A stretch of 64,000 bases of DNA, from the NCBI GenBank assembly GCA_044359385.1, contig JBIKMG010000003.1, positions 2,836 through 66,835 on the forward strand, in the 5' to 3' direction. The notes beneath the pieces were generated by a model that was given only the letters and a program-made list of their open reading frames with translations, was not told the DNA's origin and did no database searches. Every line of letters starts with the position of its first letter. Within the stretch, counting starts at the first letter, position 1. Below are positions 41,522-52,234 of this stretch, piece after piece. A program made the position numbers and the translations under genes. The DNA is from Coxiellaceae bacterium. GTDB lineage: Bacteria; Pseudomonadota; Gammaproteobacteria; JAJRRL01.

Positions 41522-42841
41522 TTAGTGACGTCGAAACAATGCCATTGCTTCGACATGTTGTGTTTGTGGAAACATATCCATAATGCCTGCTTTCTCAAGT
41601 GTATAGCCAGCGGCAATAAGCGTTTTAGTATCTCGTGCTAAAGTCGCTGGATGACAGGAGACGTATACAATTATTTCGGGGTGAAATAATTTAATTTTAG
41701 TGACTATTTCTTCTGCACCTGCACGCGGTGGGTCAAGTAGTAGCTTATTAAACGTTCTGTTTATCCAAGGCGCATTTTTAGGTAATTCAAATAAGTTACA
41801 GACAGAAAAATTCACATTCTGAATACTATTTTTTTCTGCATTTGAGTAGGCTTGTGTAACGGCTGTTTCATCGCCCTCAACACCCGTGAGATGAGAGATG
41901 CGTTTAGCTATGGGTAGGGAAAAGTTGCCAATGCCACAAAATAAATCCAACACGCGATCATCTGATTTTAAATCTAGCCAGTCCAGTGCTTGAGTAAGCA
42001 TTTTTGCATTCATATCTCCATTTATTTGTACAAATTGCTCAGGTTTGAATTCAAAAGTCATACCATCAAGTTCGTAATTTAAGCGAGCGTTCTCACCCGC
42101 AGGTTCAATTAAAGCGAGTGAGTCATACCCATGTGGTTGCAGATAAATATGCAGATCATATGCTTTCCCGAAGTTTTTGAGTGCTTGGATGTCACTATCA
42201 ATCAAGGGTTCAAGGTGTCGAAACATCAAGGCTGTGACATGGTCTCCAGCAGATAATTCAATTTGCGGAATGTGTTCTTTGGCTGAGAGGGAAAAAATAA
42301 GTTCGCTGAGTTTTTGAAGTAGATTATCAACGGGCGAAATAAGAATCGGGCATTGATGATTGTCTGCAACATAGTAACCGTTTAGTTCACGGAAACCGAC
42401 CAATACCTTTTCTTTTTTAGGAATAAAACGCACACTTAAGCGCGCTTTTCGCCGATATCCCCACTGAACTCCTTCTAGGGGTGGGGCCCACTCTTTGGGT
42501 TCTGCTTCACCATGATGTGTCATGATTTCTTTAAATGCATCAAGCTTCGTTTTAACTTGTAAACTGGGAGGCATATGCTGAATACGGCAGCCCCCACAGC
42601 GGGTAAAATGTGCACACCCTGGAGACACTCGATCCGCTGAGACAGTATGAATTTGATGGGCGACTCCTTCATTATATTTGCTGTGAGATTTCAGTAAGGT
42701 AATACTGACTTTCTCACCGGGTAGGGCGCCGATGACAAAGGTAGTTTTGCCCTCGACAGAAGCGATTCCGCGGCCATCATGACTTAGTGCGTGGATGGTT
42801 GCCTCAATAGGGGTTGGGGGAGTTTTTTTGCGCCGAGCCAT
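41522..42841 (-). CDS. rlmD: 23S rRNA (uracil1939-C5)-methyltransferase RlmD (RumA)
   Basis: TRAM domain, Fe-S cysteine cluster (CxxxxxxCGGC) and SAM methyltransferase motifs. The rlmD-relA synteny is as in E. coli. Confidence 0.85.
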   Translation of the reverse strand: MARRKKTPPTPIEATIHALSHDGRGIASVEGKTTFVIGALPGEKVSITLLKSHSKYNEGVAHQIHTVSADRVSPGCAHFTRCGGCRIQHMPPSLQVKTKLDAFKEIMTHHGEAEPKEWAPPLEGVQWGYRRKARLSVRFIPKKEKVLVGFRELNGYYVADNHQCPILISPVDNLLQKLSELIFSLSAKEHIPQIELSAGDHVTALMFRHLEPLIDSDIQALKNFGKAYDLHIYLQPHGYDSLALIEPAGENARLNYELDGMTFEFKPEQFVQINGDMNAKMLTQALDWLDLKSDDRVLDLFCGIGNFSLPIAKRISHLTGVEGDETAVTQAYSNAEKNSIQNVNFSVCNLFELPKNAPWINRTFNKLLLDPPRAGAEEIVTKIKLFHPEIIVYVSCHPATLARDTKTLIAAGYTLEKAGIMDMFPQTQHVEAMALFRRH

Positions 42842-42952
42842 AGTTATATCCTTAGATAAGAGAGATAGGGCGTTTTAGCATGTTGTCAGCGGGTTAACAA
42901 GGTGGACACTGAGGTTGCATCGGTGCACAATGGGCTGGAGTTATGGGGGTCT

Positions 42953-44320
42953 ATGTTTATGGATATTTTGCTGGCTATTTTTGGTGCTGTCGCTGCTATT
43001 TTTCTTATTATTTTATTGCATGAAGGTGGTCATTTTGCAATGGCGCGAATCTTGGGTGTTAAGGTTGTTCGATTTTCTATTGGTTTTGGTAAGCCTATTT
43101 TTCACTGGGTATCAAAAAAATCGGGAACAGAGTATGTACTTGGTAGCTTACCTTTGGGCGGTTATGTTCGTATGTATGGTGATGAAGAAGATGAAAATAC
43201 AAGAAATGATCCGCAGTCTTATTTTTCACAGGCATTATGGAAACGATTTTTGATTGTAGTGGCAGGTCCGTTGGTTAATTTTTTGCTGGCAATCACTATT
43301 GTTTGGGGACTTTTTCTGACGGGTATTGACTATATCGCACCCGTTGTAGGTAGTGTCGTGCATTCCTCTCCGGCTCAACAGGCAGGGATTCAGTCGAAAG
43401 ATTTGATCGTTTCGGTCAATGATCAACCTACACGTAGCTGGCAACAGGTTGTGATGCAATTGATGCATGCAGTAGGTCATGATGGGCCCATTCATGTTCG
43501 TGTGCAGCACGATATGCAGGGCCCTGTCGTGGAAAAAAACTTGGCCTTGTGGGAGTTGGATTTTAATAAAAGTACAGTGGATCCGTTGCAAGAGTTGGGT
43601 ATAGCGCCTTATTATCCGCCGATTAAGCCAATTGTAGATCGTGTAGTTAAAAATTCACCAGCCGATAGAGCTGGTTTGGTTAAAGGGGCAACCATCCTCG
43701 CTATTAACGGTAAGCCGATTAGTGATTGGCAGCAGCTGGTTATGTTGATTCAGGAAATGCCTGGGAAAAAAATGACCTGGACAACTGAGTTTCGCGGTAA
43801 GAAAAGTCAGAAGCAAGTGGTTATTGGCGAAAAACGACATCAGGGAGAGGTTTACGGATATGTCGGCTTTTCAGTTGAGGCACCTGAATGGCCAAAAAAA
43901 ATGCAACTCTTGGAGCATTACGGGCCTTTTTCCGGCTGGGCTCCTGCTTGGAAAAGGGTTTGGGGTCTTTTAACGTTTCAAGTGGGTGTCTTATTTAAGT
44001 TGGTCGTGGGGGATTTGCCGATGAAAGTAATGGGTGGTCCTGTGAGTATTTTTCAGGCCGCAGGTAAGGCTACACTGGCTGGCTGGCAAGTTTATTGGCA
44101 GTTTGTAGCAATCATTAGTTTATCGATAGGCTTCATCAATTTATTACCTATTCCTGGTTTAGATGGAGGGCATATTTTGTATCAGCTAGTTGAATTACTT
44201 CGCAGGAGGCCACTATCACTTAAGATCCAACGAGCAGGGGTTATCGTTGGGATGCTGTTTTTAGTGATTTTTATGATACAAGTGACGTTCTATGACTTAG
44301 GAAGGTTATTTAATTTCTAA
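42953..44320 (+). CDS. rseP: RIP zinc metalloprotease RseP (site-2 protease with PDZ domains)
   Basis: HEGGH zinc motif in TM1 and the N-terminus aligns with E. coli RseP. PDZ regions and the C-terminal LDGGH motif are present. Confidence 0.85.
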   Translation: MFMDILLAIFGAVAAIFLIILLHEGGHFAMARILGVKVVRFSIGFGKPIFHWVSKKSGTEYVLGSLPLGGYVRMYGDEEDENTRNDPQSYFSQALWKRFLIVVAGPLVNFLLAITIVWGLFLTGIDYIAPVVGSVVHSSPAQQAGIQSKDLIVSVNDQPTRSWQQVVMQLMHAVGHDGPIHVRVQHDMQGPVVEKNLALWELDFNKSTVDPLQELGIAPYYPPIKPIVDRVVKNSPADRAGLVKGATILAINGKPISDWQQLVMLIQEMPGKKMTWTTEFRGKKSQKQVVIGEKRHQGEVYGYVGFSVEAPEWPKKMQLLEHYGPFSGWAPAWKRVWGLLTFQVGVLFKLVVGDLPMKVMGGPVSIFQAAGKATLAGWQVYWQFVAIISLSIGFINLLPIPGLDGGHILYQLVELLRRRPLSLKIQRAGVIVGMLFLVIFMIQVTFYDLGRLFNF

Positions 44321-44614
44321 AAAACTTACTGGTTTTGGGGTGCTTAGCGCACTAATTTTAATGGAACAGCCCTGCTTATTAGAGATAAAAAAATCGAAGA
44401 TAATTTTTTGTTAACGTGTAATGTTATCGCAAATAATGTATTGTCATTTTTTGAGTACTTGGAGGAAACAATGCAAAAATAAAATAGCCAATTTTTATTT
44501 GATTTCGGTGTCTTTTTTTATGAATCAAGCAAAATTTAAATTATTCTTTCTTGAACAGGATTTTTTAAGTTTTTCTTTTAATTTATTTTGATTTTTTATG
44601 ACACAGGAGTAAAA

Positions 44615-45568
44615 ATGAATTATCTATCGTCCTCAAAGTTGTATTTTTTATACGGTATTTCTTCGCTGCTTGGAGAAATAGTAGGCTCAATAAAAGAAAC
44701 AGGTCTTTTCAAACCTACAGTTGCTAGCAATGATCCAATGACCATTTGTCAGACGTCAGGGATAGATAATTGTACAACTGACCCTACTAAGCTTCCAATA
44801 TTGGTTAACATCGATGTATCATCATACCAAGGCCATATAGATTGGTCTAATTTTGATTTCGACAGTGGTTATTTATGTTATGTCTTGAATTATATATGGG
44901 TTCGTTCTTCATTCGGTAAAACTGAAGACACTGAATTCGCCAACAATATGCAAGGGATTACGAATTCGACCTTTTCGGATCATGTAGGCTTGTATCATGC
45001 GCTAAAACCTGATGATGTTGACCCATGTGACGTGCAAGCTAATTTGGTTGTTTCTTTGTATAACCGGCCATATGTTGCTAATAGCCACTGGGCAATAGAT
45101 GTTGAGGTACCTTCAGATCGAACAGCTTGGCCGGAGATGGCTGATTGCTTGGCTAAATTCATGAGTGTTACATCTTCACAATTGCCTGTGCCTACCATAT
45201 ATACGAGCCCTAGCCAATGGAATCCTAACTTCGATGTGTCATCCTGTGATTTGGTTAAGGATAGTCAATTATGGGCTTCCCGCTACGATGAGAATCCACC
45301 GGCTCCGGTTATTTGCTGGGAAGATAGATCATGGGAGACATGGCAGTTTACTAATACAGTGTATTGGCCAAGTATTACTAGCAATAGCGTTGATTTAAGC
45401 TGTCTGAATCCAAATAGTAGTAGAAAGATAGCTAGTGCTATCGATATGAATAATCAAACTGGAGTGATTGGAGGAGGCTTAGTAAGAAATCACAGTATCT
45501 TCAGTGAGTCTAAGCAAAATAGTAACGAGTCGCATTTAATTAACGCTAGTAATAGAGCTCTCAGTTAA
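44615..45568 (+). CDS. GH25-family muramidase (lysozyme)-like protein with an S/N-rich C-terminal tail, in an AT-rich islet
   Basis: IDVSSYQGHIDWSNF...G...V.....RSS.G...D..F..N..G......VGLYH follows the GH25 pattern DVSxxQGxIDW...G..F..IKATEG...D..F..N...A...G...GxYHF. The ATG at 44615 is preceded by an AGGAG RBS. A strong terminator follows. Confidence 0.6.
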   Translation: MNYLSSSKLYFLYGISSLLGEIVGSIKETGLFKPTVASNDPMTICQTSGIDNCTTDPTKLPILVNIDVSSYQGHIDWSNFDFDSGYLCYVLNYIWVRSSFGKTEDTEFANNMQGITNSTFSDHVGLYHALKPDDVDPCDVQANLVVSLYNRPYVANSHWAIDVEVPSDRTAWPEMADCLAKFMSVTSSQLPVPTIYTSPSQWNPNFDVSSCDLVKDSQLWASRYDENPPAPVICWEDRSWETWQFTNTVYWPSITSNSVDLSCLNPNSSRKIASAIDMNNQTGVIGGGLVRNHSIFSESKQNSNESHLINASNRALS

Positions 45569-45574
45569 TCAGAA

Positions 45575-45622
45575 ACCTGGCAGTCACCCCTTGAAAAACG
45601 GGTGACTGCCAGGTTAATTTTA
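45575..45622 (+). terminator. Rho-independent terminator after the GH25-like gene
   Basis: A 15-16 bp perfect stem ACCTGGCAGTCACCCC/GGGGTGACTGCCAGGT with a 9-nt loop and a following T-rich run. Confidence 0.55.
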
Positions 45623-45793
45623 GCCAAAAAACCTTTCCTTCCAGATTCGTTTTCCATCAATTCATGTTTCAAGTGGTGTTCTACCGCAGCACATTGATGA
45701 GTTTGATGATTATTGTAATAATCGACCCTATAGTATGCGGAAAAGCTGGAATCATAAAGTGGCGTGCTGTACATACCCCTAAAACAGAAGGGA

Positions 45794-46078
45794 TCAAGAA
45801 TAGGATAGCTTTTTTAAAAAGAATATGATGACGATAGGGTTGCTTGCTAAAAGTTTTGCACAAGTGTCAGCGCTTCTTTTGCCTGATCTGCAATGAATAA
45901 CGATAGGTCTTTTGGTTGATGGTAATTTATCAATACTGATTTCACCAAGCGGTATGAGACAAGCCCCATCAATGCACTCACTCCTATGCTCGGCAGGCTC
46001 TCTCACATCGATAAGGAGAACCTCATCTTTGTCCAGTCTTTTCTTTAATTCTGAAGCTGTGATAGTTTTCATGAACAC
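45794..46078 (-). CDS. Single-domain rhodanese (sulfurtransferase) with an atypical, possibly degenerate C-terminus
   Basis: LIDVREPAEH...PIVIHCRSGKRS contains the catalytic Cys loop. The C-terminal 20 aa do not resemble the usual GG..W ending. It lies in a 0.9 kb AT-rich, otherwise non-coding stretch. Confidence 0.5.
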   Translation of the reverse strand: MFMKTITASELKKRLDKDEVLLIDVREPAEHRSECIDGACLIPLGEISIDKLPSTKRPIVIHCRSGKRSADTCAKLLASNPIVIIFFLKKLSYS

Positions 46079-46491
46079 CCAAATATTAAATTAAACTCCC
46101 GCTGCTTAAGCCAATCATATTTTATAATATCGATCTTAATAAAAAGTTAATACGCTAAAATAAGATGCTTGGCCTCTCGATTTTAGTGTACAAGCTATGC
46201 ACTGGACAAGTAAACACTTTATATTGTTAAAAAATGACCAACCCTAGGAAAAGCTAGGTCACAAAAAATCAGGGTTTAAGGGATTCAAAATATATTTTTT
46301 CGATATTTTCTTATAACTCTATGTTTTATATATGAACTGTTTTTTCTGATCAAAAAATTACCAGGAAATGGTTTTTTCTATCAACTAAAATTAAGACATA
46401 GGGTTTATTTTTTCCTTCACATCTAAATTATGTGCGGATAAGAAATAGTCAACCTTTTGCCAGGGATGGTGGTCGGTTATAGGAGGTAGGT

Positions 46492-48804
46492 ATGTTTAGT
46501 CGTTCGCTTGAGCAAAGTCTTAATAAAATATTCACTAGTGCGCGAGAGAAGCGTCATGAGTTTATAACCCTGGAGCATCTGTTGATGGCATTAACAGAAA
46601 ACCCAGAGGCACAAGAGTTATTGATGGCTTGTGGTGCAGATATTCCACGTTTGCGCTCAGGCTTGAGTATTTTCATTGATGAAACAACACCGCATATTCC
46701 ATTGAGTATTCATCGAGAAATTCAACCGACATTAAGTTTTCAGCGTGTTATACATCATGCGATTCAAGAAGCACAGCGAGCAGGCTTTAGTGAAGTAAAT
46801 GGTGTGAATGTGTTACTTGCTATTTTTACCGAACCTGAAAGTCAAGCGGTTTACTTTTTAAGTCAAGAAAATGTGACTCGTGCTGATGCATTGAGCTATA
46901 GCTTGCATGGGAAAATTGTTTACCGCGATGAGAGAGAATTTGAAAAAAGACAAAAACCATTGGGCGGTCAGCGTGATTTTATAGATCCTCTGGAGATGCA
47001 AAATAACACGCAAGGACAGGGGGATGAGGATTCGATTACGGATACCTATGCGACCAACATGAATGAAAAAGCGCGCAAGGGTGAGATTGATCCTTTAATC
47101 GGTCGAGAGCATGAAATACAACGTGCTTTGCAAGTGCTTTGTCGAAGAACTAAAAATAACCCTGTGTTTGTAGGGGAGGCGGGTGTCGGTAAAACGGCAC
47201 TTGCTGGTGGTGTTGCGCAATTGATTGTGGATGGTAAGGTGCCTGGGCCATTAGCGGATTGCACCGTGTATTCCTTGGATTTAGGTGTTCTTCTAGCAGG
47301 TACCAAATACCGAGGTGATTTCGAAAAGAGATTTAAAGCAATATTAAAAACATTGAATAAAAAATCAGGAGCGATCATTTTCATTGATGAGATCCATAAC
47401 TTAATTGGAGCGGGCTCTGCAACGGGTGGTACTCTGGACGCATCCAACTTGATTAAGCCCTTGTTGTCAGCGGGCGATTTGCGTTGTATGGGTGCAACAA
47501 CGTATGAGGAATATCGTAAATTTTTTTCGAAAGACCAAGCATTGTCTCGCCGCTTTCAAAAAATTGATGTTGAGGAACCAACAGAAACGCAAGCGATTGA
47601 AATTCTGGAAGGCTTGAAGCTGCGATATGAGGCCTACCATCATGTTCATTACACTCAGGCAGCAATTGAACGTTTAGTTCAGTTGTCTTCTCGTTACATG
47701 GGTGACAGACATTTGCCAGATAAAGCAATTGATGTGATGGATGAAGCAGGAGCCACGCAGCATCTAAAGCCGGCCAATCAACGCCGAGTTCAAATTACGG
47801 AACGTGAAATTGATAAAGTGTTTTCAAAACTAGCTAGGATACCGATTGAAAGCTTATCGTGCTCAGATAAAAAACAGCTTTCTCGTTTATCCAGTCAATT
47901 AAGCAAAGTCATTTATGGCCAAGATAATGCAATAGAAAGTTTAACTTCAGCGGTTAAATTATCGCGTTCTGGCTTAGGGGATCAAGAAAAACCAGTGGGT
48001 TCATTTTTATTGGTGGGTCCAACAGGTGTGGGAAAAACAGAAGTGATGCGTGAGTTAGCAAAACATTTAAACATTGAATTTTTGCGTTTTGATATGTCTG
48101 AGTATATGGAACGTCATTCAGTTTCTAAATTGATTGGTTCTCCTCCTGGATATGTTGGTTATGATGATGGCGGTATGTTAACGGAAGCTGTTCGTAAGCA
48201 TCCACATGCCGTACTTTTACTAGATGAAATTGAAAAAGCGCATCCAGATATTTTTAACATTCTCTTACAGGTGATGGATTATGGTCATTTGACGGATAGC
48301 AATGGTCGCACTGTGGATTTTAGACATGTAATTATTGCCATGACATCGAATGTGGGAGTCGATAAATTAGAGAAGAATTCGATTGGTTTTAGTTCAGACA
48401 ATAACGAAGACACGATTGAAGCTGCCGTTAACGCCACTTTTAGCCCAGAGTTTCGTAATCGACTGGATAAAGTGATCACATTTGATTATTTGCCAGAGAG
48501 CGTTATTATTAAAGTAGTCGATAAGTTTTTGGAAAAATTGCGACAGCAATTAACAGAGAAAAAAATAATCTTTTCTGTTACGCCAGCGGCTAAGAAATGG
48601 CTTGCATCAAGAGGTTACGATAAAAAAATGGGTGCTCGTCCGATGACGAGGGTTATTCAGGAAAAGGTGCGATTACCTATTGTTGAATCCATGTTAAGAG
48701 ATGACTCTGAAAAAAGAATAGAAGAAATTATTGTTACGGTACGCGGTGATGAACTCGTGTTTGAGTATCGTAAACAGCAGCAGTTAATTGAAGAAAATGG
48801 TTAA
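46492..48804 (+). CDS. clpA: ATP-dependent Clp protease ATP-binding subunit ClpA
   Basis: Clp N-domain followed by two AAA+ modules (GEAGVGKT, GPTGVGKT). No clpS is found upstream. Confidence 0.9.
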   Translation: MFSRSLEQSLNKIFTSAREKRHEFITLEHLLMALTENPEAQELLMACGADIPRLRSGLSIFIDETTPHIPLSIHREIQPTLSFQRVIHHAIQEAQRAGFSEVNGVNVLLAIFTEPESQAVYFLSQENVTRADALSYSLHGKIVYRDEREFEKRQKPLGGQRDFIDPLEMQNNTQGQGDEDSITDTYATNMNEKARKGEIDPLIGREHEIQRALQVLCRRTKNNPVFVGEAGVGKTALAGGVAQLIVDGKVPGPLADCTVYSLDLGVLLAGTKYRGDFEKRFKAILKTLNKKSGAIIFIDEIHNLIGAGSATGGTLDASNLIKPLLSAGDLRCMGATTYEEYRKFFSKDQALSRRFQKIDVEEPTETQAIEILEGLKLRYEAYHHVHYTQAAIERLVQLSSRYMGDRHLPDKAIDVMDEAGATQHLKPANQRRVQITEREIDKVFSKLARIPIESLSCSDKKQLSRLSSQLSKVIYGQDNAIESLTSAVKLSRSGLGDQEKPVGSFLLVGPTGVGKTEVMRELAKHLNIEFLRFDMSEYMERHSVSKLIGSPPGYVGYDDGGMLTEAVRKHPHAVLLLDEIEKAHPDIFNILLQVMDYGHLTDSNGRTVDFRHVIIAMTSNVGVDKLEKNSIGFSSDNNEDTIEAAVNATFSPEFRNRLDKVITFDYLPESVIIKVVDKFLEKLRQQLTEKKIIFSVTPAAKKWLASRGYDKKMGARPMTRVIQEKVRLPIVESMLRDDSEKRIEEIIVTVRGDELVFEYRKQQQLIEENG

Positions 48805-48847
48805 TTTCATCTAGATGAGAAAAACGTAGTCAAAAGAGATTGATGCA

Positions 48848-51800
48848 TCAGTAAATGGTCAAAGGTTTCAATTCCATTAGTACATCTTGGCACTGTTGAA
48901 TGGGGCAGGCGTTTTTCAGGCGATAGCGTAGTTGAGTTTGTTTGTGTAGTTGATAATTTTTAGGTTGAAGTTGAATAAGTTTTATTAAGGCTTTGTGATT
49001 AATATCGGCAGATTCGTTGAAGTTGATTTGCCCGTATTCGCGCCCCGTTCGGATTTTACTGACGCCCAAGCTATTGGCTAATAATCTAAGCTTAGCGATA
49101 GAAAGCAAGTTGTTTCCAGCAGAGTTCAAAGGTCCAAATCGATCAATGAGCTCTGCTTTCAGTGAATCGATTGCTTCATTCGTGTTTGCACTGCTAAGGC
49201 GCTTATAGAGTGTTAGCCGATCAGCTACATCAGGCACGTAGTCAGCAGTTAGTAGGCTTGAGATACCCAAGTCCACATCAGCTAAAAAGGTTACCACTTC
49301 TTTTCCAGTCTCTTGTGCATTGAGCGACTTCATGGCTTCATCGAGTAACTCTAGATATAAACTAAAGCCAATTTTTTGTATGTGACCACTTTGCTCATCA
49401 CCTAGTAACTCGCCTGCGCCTCGAATCTCTAAATCTTGCATCGCTAAAGCAAAACCAGAGCCTAAGTCTGTTAGCATTTCTAACGCCTCTAAGCGTTTTG
49501 CTGAGTCTTTAGTAAGTTTTCTGTGAGGATCTGTTAAGAGGAAAGCGTAAGCTTGATGATGAGAGCGACCAACGCGACCCCGGAGTTGATGTAATTGTGC
49601 TAAGCCAAATTTATCGGCATGGTTAATCAAAATGGTATTAGCATTAGGAACATCGATGCCTGATTCAATGATTGTTGTCGTAATTAAAACTTGATGTTGC
49701 TGATGATAAAAACTAGTCATAACTCGTTCTAGGTGGCTTTCACTCATTTGCCCGTGTGCTGTTACAGTACGTAACCCAGGTATTAATGCTTTCAAACTTT
49801 CCTCGATTTGGGGCATCGTAGAAATGTCGTTATGTAAGAAATAAACTTGTCCACCCCGGGAGAGTTCACGTTCAATCGATTCTTTAATGAGTTCACTTCG
49901 ATAGGGACGGATAAAGGTTTTGATGGCTAGTCGTTGAGCGGGTGGTGTTGCAATAATTGATAAATCACGCATTTGCGACAATGCCATATTTAAAGTTCTA
50001 GGAATCGGAGTGGCGGTCATCGTAAGAATGTCGATATTATTTCGTAGGGTTTTAATTTTTTCTTTATCGGAAACACCAAACCGGTGTTCTTCATCGACAA
50101 TGAGGAGCCCAAGCGCTTTGAATTTAATTTCAGGATTCAATAGTTTGTGGGTGCCGATAATGATGTCCAAAGAACCTTGAGCCATGTGTGACTTTAGATC
50201 AGAGAGTGCCTTTCCTGTAATTGCTCGGCTACAGAGCCCAATTCGAATAGGCCAATTCGCAAAGCGATCTTCAAAGTTTTTCAAGTGTTGGTTAGCGAGC
50301 AATGTCGTAGGTGCTAAAACGGCGACTTGTTTATGGCTTTGTATCGCCAGGAAAGCAGCTTGCATAGCCACTTCCGTTTTACCAAAACCCACATCTCCAC
50401 AAACTAAACGGTCCATAGTTTTTTCTGAAGTCATATCAGCGATGATGTGATCAATTGTTTTTCGTTGATCGGGTGTTTCGGAAAAGGGAAAAGAGGCTCG
50501 AAATTGTAAAAATTCCGCATTGGGTTTATGGAACGAAAAGCCTTGGCTGTGTTCGCGTTTGCTGTAAGTAACGAGCAATTCGGCAGCTATATCGTGAATA
50601 CGTTTTTTTGCTTTATCAACGGCTTGTTCCCATGAGCCAGGTCCAAGACGAGATAAGGTTGTGTGTTCAGCGTCTGCTCCTAAATAACGGCTAATAAATT
50701 GAAGGGCAGTGACAGGAACATAGAGTTTATCGTGATTAGCATACTCGAGTAACAAATACTCAGCTTCAATACCGTCAGTAGTGATGGATTCAAGTCCTTG
50801 ATAGCGTCCAATCCCGTGTTGTCTATGCACAACAGGGTCGCCAATATGGAGTTCTACCAAGTTACGGATCAGTGTATTGGGGTCTATTATTTTTTGTTTG
50901 CTATCTTCGCGTTGTAGTTGTGCTTGTTTCGAACCAAAAAGTTCTTGCTCCGTGATATAGATAATATCATGAAGTTCAAAACCCGCTTGAAAAGCGACCG
51001 CAATAACGAGTAGTTTTTTATCGCTAGCGTGCGCCTCTTCCCAGCTGACACCATCAGTTGCATAGAGTTTGTTTTCACATAATAAATCGATCAGTACGGT
51101 TTTACGTCCGATGGTTTCAGCGCAAATAATCACTTTCTGATTGTTGGTTGAATCTAAAAACTCAGTGAAGCGTTTGAGTGGATTTTGGTTTCTGTGATCA
51201 ATTTGAATAGGAGGAATCGGGTTCTTAGAAGAAGTCTCAAGTTTCAGGGTCGAAAAATTGGATAAATTGAGTAATAGTTCATTTTCATTCATTGCGATAG
51301 AGTTGGGTGTGCAAAGCGGGTGTTGCTGATCGTAACGTAAACTTTCATAGCGGTTACAAAGTGAATGATAAGATTTTTTAAAAGAGTCTATGGCGTCAGG
51401 AGTTAGAACAATGCGTGTGTTTTTAGGTAAATAGTCAAAAAAAGTGTCGAGCTTAGGATAAAAAAGCGGGAGGTAATATTCTGCTCCAGGTGCGCAATGG
51501 TGCTGTGAGATGTTTTGATAAACAGGTGCATCCATCGGGTTTCCCGTAAAATTTTCACGCCAAGCTTGGCGAAAGCGGCTGATGCCTTCGTCGTTAAGTG
51601 GATATTCTTCGGCGGGAAGTATCGAGAATGTATTAATTTCTCGCAGCGAACATTGGGTTTCAGTGTCAAATACGCGAATAGATTCAATTTCATTGTCAAA
51701 AAAATCGAGACGAATAGGTTTGTGTGATCCCATTGGAAAAATATCTAAGATTGATCCGCGATTAGAAAAGCTACCGTGTTCATAGACGGCATTCACAGAA

Positions 51801-52207
51801 TAGTAACCTGATTCGGTGAGTGTACTAATTAGATGGGTTAAATTAATTTGCATGCCCTTGGTATAGTGATGGGCGTGTTTATCGAGGTATGTTTTCGGCA
51901 TTAATCGATAGAGTAACGTGTTGGCTGCAATAAAAATACAGCTTGATTTTTGATCTTTAATTTGGAGCAATCCATTTAAACGATCAGAAGTCAGATCTGC
52001 ATGTGGTGAAAAACGATCATAGGGTAGCGTTTCCCAGCTGGGGAGATGAAAGCAGTTTTTTTGCTTGGGATCAATTTGACGAATTAATGAAGGTAGGCGT
52101 TGTGCTTCGAGTGGATCGGCTGTCACGACTGCAATGGGAGCGTTATTTTCACGCATAAGGTCGATGAGAAAAAGGGGAAGAGTGTCGTTAGTGATCTGGA
52201 TATTCAT
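48848..52207 (-). CDS. mfd: Transcription-repair coupling factor
   Basis: 1119 aa. UvrB-homology region, RNAP-interacting domain, and superfamily-2 helicase motifs (GDVGFGKTEVA, DEEHRFG). Confidence 0.95.
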   Translation of the reverse strand: MNIQITNDTLPLFLIDLMRENNAPIAVVTADPLEAQRLPSLIRQIDPKQKNCFHLPSWETLPYDRFSPHADLTSDRLNGLLQIKDQKSSCIFIAANTLLYRLMPKTYLDKHAHHYTKGMQINLTHLISTLTESGYYSVNAVYEHGSFSNRGSILDIFPMGSHKPIRLDFFDNEIESIRVFDTETQCSLREINTFSILPAEEYPLNDEGISRFRQAWRENFTGNPMDAPVYQNISQHHCAPGAEYYLPLFYPKLDTFFDYLPKNTRIVLTPDAIDSFKKSYHSLCNRYESLRYDQQHPLCTPNSIAMNENELLLNLSNFSTLKLETSSKNPIPPIQIDHRNQNPLKRFTEFLDSTNNQKVIICAETIGRKTVLIDLLCENKLYATDGVSWEEAHASDKKLLVIAVAFQAGFELHDIIYITEQELFGSKQAQLQREDSKQKIIDPNTLIRNLVELHIGDPVVHRQHGIGRYQGLESITTDGIEAEYLLLEYANHDKLYVPVTALQFISRYLGADAEHTTLSRLGPGSWEQAVDKAKKRIHDIAAELLVTYSKREHSQGFSFHKPNAEFLQFRASFPFSETPDQRKTIDHIIADMTSEKTMDRLVCGDVGFGKTEVAMQAAFLAIQSHKQVAVLAPTTLLANQHLKNFEDRFANWPIRIGLCSRAITGKALSDLKSHMAQGSLDIIIGTHKLLNPEIKFKALGLLIVDEEHRFGVSDKEKIKTLRNNIDILTMTATPIPRTLNMALSQMRDLSIIATPPAQRLAIKTFIRPYRSELIKESIERELSRGGQVYFLHNDISTMPQIEESLKALIPGLRTVTAHGQMSESHLERVMTSFYHQQHQVLITTTIIESGIDVPNANTILINHADKFGLAQLHQLRGRVGRSHHQAYAFLLTDPHRKLTKDSAKRLEALEMLTDLGSGFALAMQDLEIRGAGELLGDEQSGHIQKIGFSLYLELLDEAMKSLNAQETGKEVVTFLADVDLGISSLLTADYVPDVADRLTLYKRLSSANTNEAIDSLKAELIDRFGPLNSAGNNLLSIAKLRLLANSLGVSKIRTGREYGQINFNESADINHKALIKLIQLQPKNYQLHKQTQLRYRLKNACPIQQCQDVLMELKPLTIY

Positions 52208-52234
52208 TTTAGGGATTCCACGTTTATCGAAGTA

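Noticed and set aside
45565-45863. Two short minus-strand ORFs (69 and 60 aa) between the GH25 gene and the rhodanese
   Set aside because: They span the GH25 terminator hairpin and an A/T-rich stretch. They are more likely frameshifted debris of the decaying rhodanese region than genes.
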